Positions 58,513-64,000 of a DNA stretch of 64,000 bases are shown here, piece after piece (within the stretch, counting starts at the first letter, position 1; every line of letters begins with the position of its first letter). Source of the DNA: an uncultured Methanomicrobiaceae archaeon (lineage in GTDB: Archaea > Halobacteriota > Methanomicrobia > Methanomicrobiales > Methanoculleaceae); assembly GCA_963826525.1 (NCBI GenBank), contig CAWGXH010000005.1:192001-256000 (forward strand), given 5' to 3'. The notes under the pieces were generated by a model. The model had not been told where the DNA came from. It saw only the letters and a program-made list of their open reading frames with translations, and ran no database searches. The translations under genes were made by a program, and so were the position numbers.

Positions 58513-58660
58513 TGCAGGTCGACCTCGAGGAGATGTTCGGCCAGAAGCCCGGCGTGGACATGACCTTGCCCGTCCTGGCACTTGTTGAAGAGAAGACCGA
58601 GCGGAAGCGCCTGCACGACACCGGCGACGACCAGATCTTCAACATCTTCATCAACAAATA
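58509..58660 (+). pseudogene. 3' remnant resembling formate dehydrogenase beta subunit (FdhB) C-terminus
   Basis: ALQVDLEEMFGQKPGVDMTLPVLALVEEKTERKRLHDTGDDQIFNIFINK*, with highly expressed-type codons, followed by a T-tract. No 5' part. Identification is from recall. Confidence 0.5.
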
Positions 58661-58893
58661 ATCTTTTTCGAAAAGACGCAAAACCTTGAACCATCCATGG
58701 AAAACCGCCCGCACAAGCGGGAACAGAGCGGCCGGCAGACCTGTAAAGCCTCGGAAACTTCACGGTTTCTCGGCCTCTTTTTCGTCGTCTTTCTCTACCT
58801 GCACTCGCATGTTAATACCACGGAAGAGAAACCTCTTCTCCGGTATACTCGCGGCAACCGATCTTCGCCTGCCGCCCTCGGACGTGAACCATC

Positions 58894-59784
58894 ATGCAGG
58901 TGACCGACCACATTCATGCCCTGAAGATCCCCTTTCGGCTATCCGCAGGTCCCGGAATAGCCATCGAACGGTTCGTCAATTGCTTCCTCATTTACGGCAG
59001 CGAGATCTGCCTTGTCGATGCCGGCGTTGCCGGAGCGGAGAAGGTGATCTTCGCGTATCTCCGAAAGACCGGACGGAGCCCGGAAGAGATCGCAGCGATC
59101 GTCCTGACGCACTCGCATCCCGATCATATCGGCGCTGCGAAGACTATTCGGGAGGCGACCGGATGCATCGTCGTTGCTCACCCCGCTGAGCGGGCATGGA
59201 TCGAGGATATCGACCTGCAGGCGCGTGAGCGCCCGGTACCTGATTTCCACGCGATCGTCGCCGGATCCGTCACGGTCGACCGCTTCGTCGGCGACGGCGA
59301 TACCATCCGTCTCGACGACGGTCTCGACCTGACCGTTCTCCACACGCCCGGTCATTCGAGCGGCTCGATCTCCCTCCACCTCCCGGCAGACGGTGCGCTC
59401 TTCTCCGGCGACGCCATCCCGGTGCCCCGGGATCTCCCCGTCTACGACGACGCCGCGGCATCCGTCCGATCCATCAGGAGCCTCCTCGGTGTCCCGGATG
59501 TCACGCATCTCCTCGCGTCCTGGGATGCTGCACGAGCGGGCGGCGACGTCTCCCGGACGATGGAGAACGGGCTTTCTGTCATCCAGCAGTTTCACACGGC
59601 GATCATGAGCGTGCGTGCCGGGGAGGGATCGGACCGGCAAGATATCTGTCGGCAGGTGGTCGAAGAACTGGGGCTCCCCCCGTTCGCGCTTCCGGTCATT
59701 GCACGAACCTGCAGGGCTCATCTCGCGGTCGGTGACGGTGCCGATCTTCTCTCCGGCAGCGCCTGCCGGGAGAGGGTAGAGTAG
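58894..59784 (+). CDS. MBL-fold metallo-hydrolase
   Basis: LVDAG, THSHPDHIG, HTPGHS, FSGD. Confidence 0.9.
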   Translation: MQVTDHIHALKIPFRLSAGPGIAIERFVNCFLIYGSEICLVDAGVAGAEKVIFAYLRKTGRSPEEIAAIVLTHSHPDHIGAAKTIREATGCIVVAHPAERAWIEDIDLQARERPVPDFHAIVAGSVTVDRFVGDGDTIRLDDGLDLTVLHTPGHSSGSISLHLPADGALFSGDAIPVPRDLPVYDDAAASVRSIRSLLGVPDVTHLLASWDAARAGGDVSRTMENGLSVIQQFHTAIMSVRAGEGSDRQDICRQVVEELGLPPFALPVIARTCRAHLAVGDGADLLSGSACRERVE

Positions 59785-60819
59785 TGACGCTGCACGGAGG
59801 AGCGCTTCCGGCATCCCGGCAATGGGGATGGGTCAATTGCCGCATGGGGTGGGGGATGCTCTCCTGCACCGGATAGCCCCCGGGTTCCTTCCGGCCGCGA
59901 AACCGGGCAGCGGCATCACGCGAAATCAGTGGCCGGGGCGTGCATCAAGGTTGCCGCTCCGGTTCAGTAACGCTTAAATGTCGTCAATCCCGGTTGAATC
60001 CGGCGAAAAAACCACCCTCACAGAAGCCTGTAGACGGCCGATCTCGAGGCGAGCTATGGTATCCATCCTCCGGAAATTACTCCTGCTCATATGGCCTTTA
60101 TATCTCGAAGAATATTTCGTTTTTCTGGAATCTGGATGATATACTCCGGGGAATTGTTCTGCCGGGATCCGCCGTCTGAAACCTTCGTTAAAATCGGAAA
60201 ATAACGTCAATCTGCCCTTCGTTCAGGGCGGAGAGAGGGTGGTTTCCCCACTCCCTTGCGATGATCGTAATTTCCCATCCCCGGGACGCAGCGTGAGAGA
60301 GGCTGTGATGGGAAATGGGAGAGCACACAAACCTGTCAATAGGCCTGCGAGAGGAATTCTGCACCGCTGCCTTATCCACACTGTATAGAGGCGCGGTCGG
60401 CAAAAGACCGTATTCCGGTCGGGTGTCGACAGTCAAAAAAGGATATGGCTGCAGAGATGCCACCGTCGGACGTAGTCCCAGCCCTGATGGGTGTCGCCCC
60501 GGACGACATCCTGATCCTTGATGTATCCACCGAACTGGCGACTCGTGTAGTCGTTTGTTTCCTTCTGATTCTCGCACAGGGCGCCTGACGAGAATCTCCG
60601 TGCTCCTCTTCTCTGCAATGCACAGAGGCATTCCGGGGGTGAAAGGTGGCCGATTGTCACGTGGGGAGGGAGTCTCGCCCCCTCCCGCAGGAGAGTGCCA
60701 GGAGAATACCGCAGCAAGCCAATGGTGAGAGCTTCGTAAGAGCCCGGATTCCCCAAACCAGAGTGTACTGGTTTTTATCGGAGGAATGCGAAGACCTTGT
60801 ATAAAGAACGAGAATCCGC

Positions 60820-61539
60820 ATGGCACCGCACGCTCTTCCCGCCGGGAACGATCTCCTTTTTCTCCTGGTCGTCGCCGCATTTGTCTGTATCGCCGGAATA
60901 TGGATGCTCTTCTCTCGGTGGGGACACGGCAGGGTACGGCGGTTTGTTGCCCTGTGGATAGATGAGGCATTCCGATACGGCGGCGGCAAGTTTCTTCGGG
61001 TGCTGATCCTGGACGTTCTCCTCTTTCGCCGTGTCTGGCGGCGGAGCAAAGGCCGATGGGCGTTGCATATGGCCATGTTCTGGGGATTTTGCATCTTTGG
61101 CGGGTTCATCGTCCTCGGTATACTGATCGGTCTCCTTGCACTCCTCGACCCTGCGGGCGTCGGCGGAGCACTTGCCCGCTTCCATGCCGGCATCCACATC
61201 CCCCTCGACCTGGTGGGCTACATCCTCCTCATCGGTTCGGGGCTTGCCCTCGGACGCCGGATCGTTTCCCGGAAGGTTCGGGAGCGAACGAACGCTGCCG
61301 ACCTCTTCCTCATCGGGAGCACCTTCGGTATCGTTCTCATCGGCATGATCGCCGAATGGTTCAGCGGATACGGGTCGTTCGTCGGCACGTCGGTGAAAAA
61401 CTGGGACCTTGCCCTGCAGTTCCTGGCAATCCATATCTACGCAGCGCTCTTTCTCTTCGTAATGGTGCTCCCCTGGAGTAAGTTCCGCCACATTCTGGCG
61501 ACGCCGCTGACGCTGCTTGCCCGACGGGGAGGTGAATGA
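60820..61539 (+). CDS. NarI/HdrE-like membrane cytochrome b subunit
   Basis: About five TM helices; RWALHMAMFWGF and IHIY..LPWSKFRH His motifs. Confidence 0.75.
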   Translation: MAPHALPAGNDLLFLLVVAAFVCIAGIWMLFSRWGHGRVRRFVALWIDEAFRYGGGKFLRVLILDVLLFRRVWRRSKGRWALHMAMFWGFCIFGGFIVLGILIGLLALLDPAGVGGALARFHAGIHIPLDLVGYILLIGSGLALGRRIVSRKVRERTNAADLFLIGSTFGIVLIGMIAEWFSGYGSFVGTSVKNWDLALQFLAIHIYAALFLFVMVLPWSKFRHILATPLTLLARRGGE

Positions 61540-62758
61540 TCTGAACGACCGCTCCTTCCCCGGGATACTCTCCCGCTGGTTCTCGCCGATCCAGATGCTG
61601 GAACTCGATGCCTGCACCCGCTGCCAGGAATGCATCCGAACATGCCCGGTCACCGCGATAGACCGCGACACCAATCCCATGGACCGCATCGACACCTGGA
61701 GATGGATAGTCGACCGTCAGACCGGTATCCGGGCACGGCTCTTCGGCCGGCCGTCGCTCGATGAGGAAACCATGCACGGCCTTGCCGACAGGGCATACTC
61801 CTGCACGACCTGCGGTGCGTGCGGTGTCGTCTGCGAGAGCGGCATTGCCACGGCTCGGCTCTGGGAGTCGATGCGGGGAGCGATCGTGGACCTCGATTGC
61901 AGCCGGGAAGGCGTTTTCGACGACGCTGCAGAGCGGATTGTCCGGCTCCGGAACCCTTACGGCGGCAGCCGGGAAAAACGCAGTGCCTGGATCCCGGACG
62001 ACATCGTCATCGCCGATACGGCACCGGTCGCCTACTTTCCGGGCTGCACGGTTTCATTCCGCCAGCAGGAGATCGGGATGGCGGCACTCCGCATCCTCCA
62101 GTCGCTCGGGACCCGGTTCTGTATGCTCGGGGAGGAGGAGTCCTGCTGTGGCTCCCTTCTCTTCCGGACAGGACACTGGCGGGAAGAGGCGGAGGCGATC
62201 CGGAACCTGATCCGGGCCGTGGCCGACCTAGGGATCACGACTCTCCTCTTCACCTGTGCCGGGTGTTTAAAGACAGCCACAACCGACTGGCCGCGGGTCT
62301 GGGGAGGCCCGCTGCCGTTTACGCCGGTACCGTTTGCCGCCTTCCTTCGAGACCAGATCCGGGAGGGAAACCTCTCCTTCACGAAAAGGATCGATCGGCG
62401 GGTTGTCTACCACGACCCCTGTCACGCCGGTCGGCACGTTATGCACGTGCTCGGCCGGGACCAGGCCTTCGAGGCGCCGCGTGAGGTTCTCCGCGCAATT
62501 CCTGGCCTCGAACTCACGGAGCTTCGAGACAACCGGGAGTTCCAGATCTGCTGCGGTGCCGGCGGCGGCCTGAAGCTCGGGAATCCCGACCTCGCGCTTG
62601 CGATCGCCGCACGGAAAGTCACTGACATCAGGGAGGCGGGAGCTGAAGTTCTGGCCACCACCTGCCCGTTCTGCCGGCGGAATATCCTGGACGCAGCCGA
62701 TGATACGTTCGAGGTCGTCGATGTCACCCAGCTTGTGGCCGAGGCTCTGGGGCTGTAG
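61536..62758 (+). CDS. HdrD-like Fe-S / CCG-domain protein
   Basis: CTRCQECIRTCP and CTTCGACGVVCE (two 4Fe-4S sites); YFPGC..CCG..CAGC and YHDPCH..CCGAGGG..CPFC (two CCG domains). Confidence 0.88.
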
Positions 62759-62813
62759 GCTGACGAACGATGGTGACCAGAGGTACTTTTTAAACCGCAG
62801 AAAAACGAAACGA

Positions 62814-62885
62814 CGCCCCGGCCGGGATTTGAACCCGGGTCAAAAGCTCCGGAGGCTTCTAGGATGTCCACTACCCTACCGGGAC
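62814..62885 (-). tRNA. tRNA-Arg(CCG), intronless, CCA not encoded
   Basis: GTCCCGGTAGGGTAGTGGACATCCTAGAAGCCTCCGGAGCTTTTGACCCGGGTTCAAATCCCGGCCGGGGCG folds as a cloverleaf with anticodon CCG. Confidence 0.95.
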
Positions 62886-62939
62886 TGCTATATCAGGTTG
62901 TATCGGATGGTATAAAAGGCCAGCGGAGGGCTCTGCCCT

Positions 62940-63972
62940 TCACACCCGCCGGGACTCATAGAGATGCCAGATTTTGCACGCTCCTTCGTGGCTCACCATG
63001 CAGGGGCCGACCGGGGTGCGCGGGGTGCAGACCTTCCCGAAGAGCTTGCAGTCCGACGGCTGTGCAATGCCGCGCAGCACCCGATCGCAGATGCATGCGG
63101 AGTGCTTATCGACATGCCGTATCTCGATATCGAACTTCTTCTGCGCATCGTACTGTTCAAACTCCGGCTTGAGCCGAAGACCCGACCCCGGGATGACCGG
63201 GAACCCGCGCCACTCGACGTCGCAGGATTCGAAGACGTCGTACATCAGCGCCTGCGCTTTTTGGTTCCCTTCCCGGCAGACCGCCCGGGGATACGCGTTA
63301 TCGATCCTTGCTTCGCCTTCGCGGATCTGCCGGACGAGCATCACGAGTCCGAGGAGGATATCCTCAGGCTCGAATCCGGCCACCACCTGCGGCACCGGGA
63401 ACTGTTCGGTACTCGTGGTATCCCATCACCGTGCAGACGTGGCCGGGGAGCATGAACCCGTGGAGCTTCGCCTCGCCCTGCTGGAGCAGCCACTCCATGG
63501 CCGGGGGAACAAGGCGGTGGCAGGAGAGGATCGAGAAGTTCTCAGGAGGTTTCGTAAGGATCGTCGCAGCGACGGTCGGCGCTGTCGTCTCAAAGCCCAC
63601 TGAGATGAAGACGACTTCTTTATCAGGCTCGCGGCGGGCGATATCGACGGCCTTGTGGACGCCCTGCACCACGCGCACATCGCCGCCCGAGGACTCGAGC
63701 GAGCCGTTCGCGCCCGGAACCCGGAGAAGATCGCCGTACGTCGCGATGACGCAGTCCTTCCCGGCGAGATCGAGAGCGGCATCGATCTCGCCCTGCGGCG
63801 TGATGCAGACCGGGCAGCCGGGCCCCATCACGATCTTCAGTTTTTTGGGGAGAATACTCCGGATACCGGCGCGTGCGATTGCTGCTTCGTGCGTGCCGCA
63901 GATATGCATGATGCAGATGTCCCGATCGACCAGGGAATCGAGCGTGTCCAGAATATCCTTTGAAACCGGCAT
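62940..63972 (-). CDS. hypD: Hydrogenase maturation protein HypD (frameshifted ~63400)
   Basis: MHICGTHE, GPGCPVC, GFETTAP, PGHV, GFEPED, CKLFGKVCTP..GPCMVSHEGAC. Confidence 0.95.
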
Positions 63973-64000
63973 GAAATCTCCTATTTATATTCGCTGCAAT

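Noticed and set aside
58254-58763. 169-aa minus-strand ORF as a real single gene
   Set aside because: Its N-terminal half is the antisense of an FdhB-like tail. Only the 3' part looks coding.
62814-62885. tRNA-Arg as the attachment site of an integrated element
   Set aside because: I saw no integrase and no duplicated tRNA 3' end in the window. This was a visual check only.

Overview
The window comes from a GC-rich methanogenic archaeon; gene content and style fit Methanomicrobiales (an inference, not a database assignment). Many essential genes carry 1-nt frameshifts, which suggests unpolished long-read consensus rather than true pseudogenes. In order, it holds: a USP-GNAT gene, a J-domain gene and DUF126; two convergent PAN proteasome ATPases and mbf1; an aromatic amino-acid operon (two DhnA-family ADH synthases, DHQ synthase II, tyrA, pheA, aroA, an aroK-aroE fusion, aroC, and convergent aroD); proC, a U32 protein, tpiA, RNase P RNA, AMMECR1-tgtA-arcS and nfnAB; an AT-rich HD-CE/Hsp90-like ATPase islet; a bacterial-type Lys/Arg/Orn decarboxylase; a 7-gene glycogen cluster; accessory genes; an HdrE/HdrD-like pair; tRNA-Arg(CCG) and hypD. 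The top finding is an unannotated 15-codon upstream ORF (6224-6271, MRGECFFAGECFYHW*) rich in Phe/Tyr/Trp. It sits at the predicted transcription start of the aro operon and is followed by mutually exclusive RNA helices and oligo-U tracts, making it a candidate leader-peptide attenuator in an archaeon. Other notable items are a small RHH-like gene with three palindromic operators around its TATA box, an apparent fdhB/moeA deletion scar, and a cytochrome-b HdrDE-like module.
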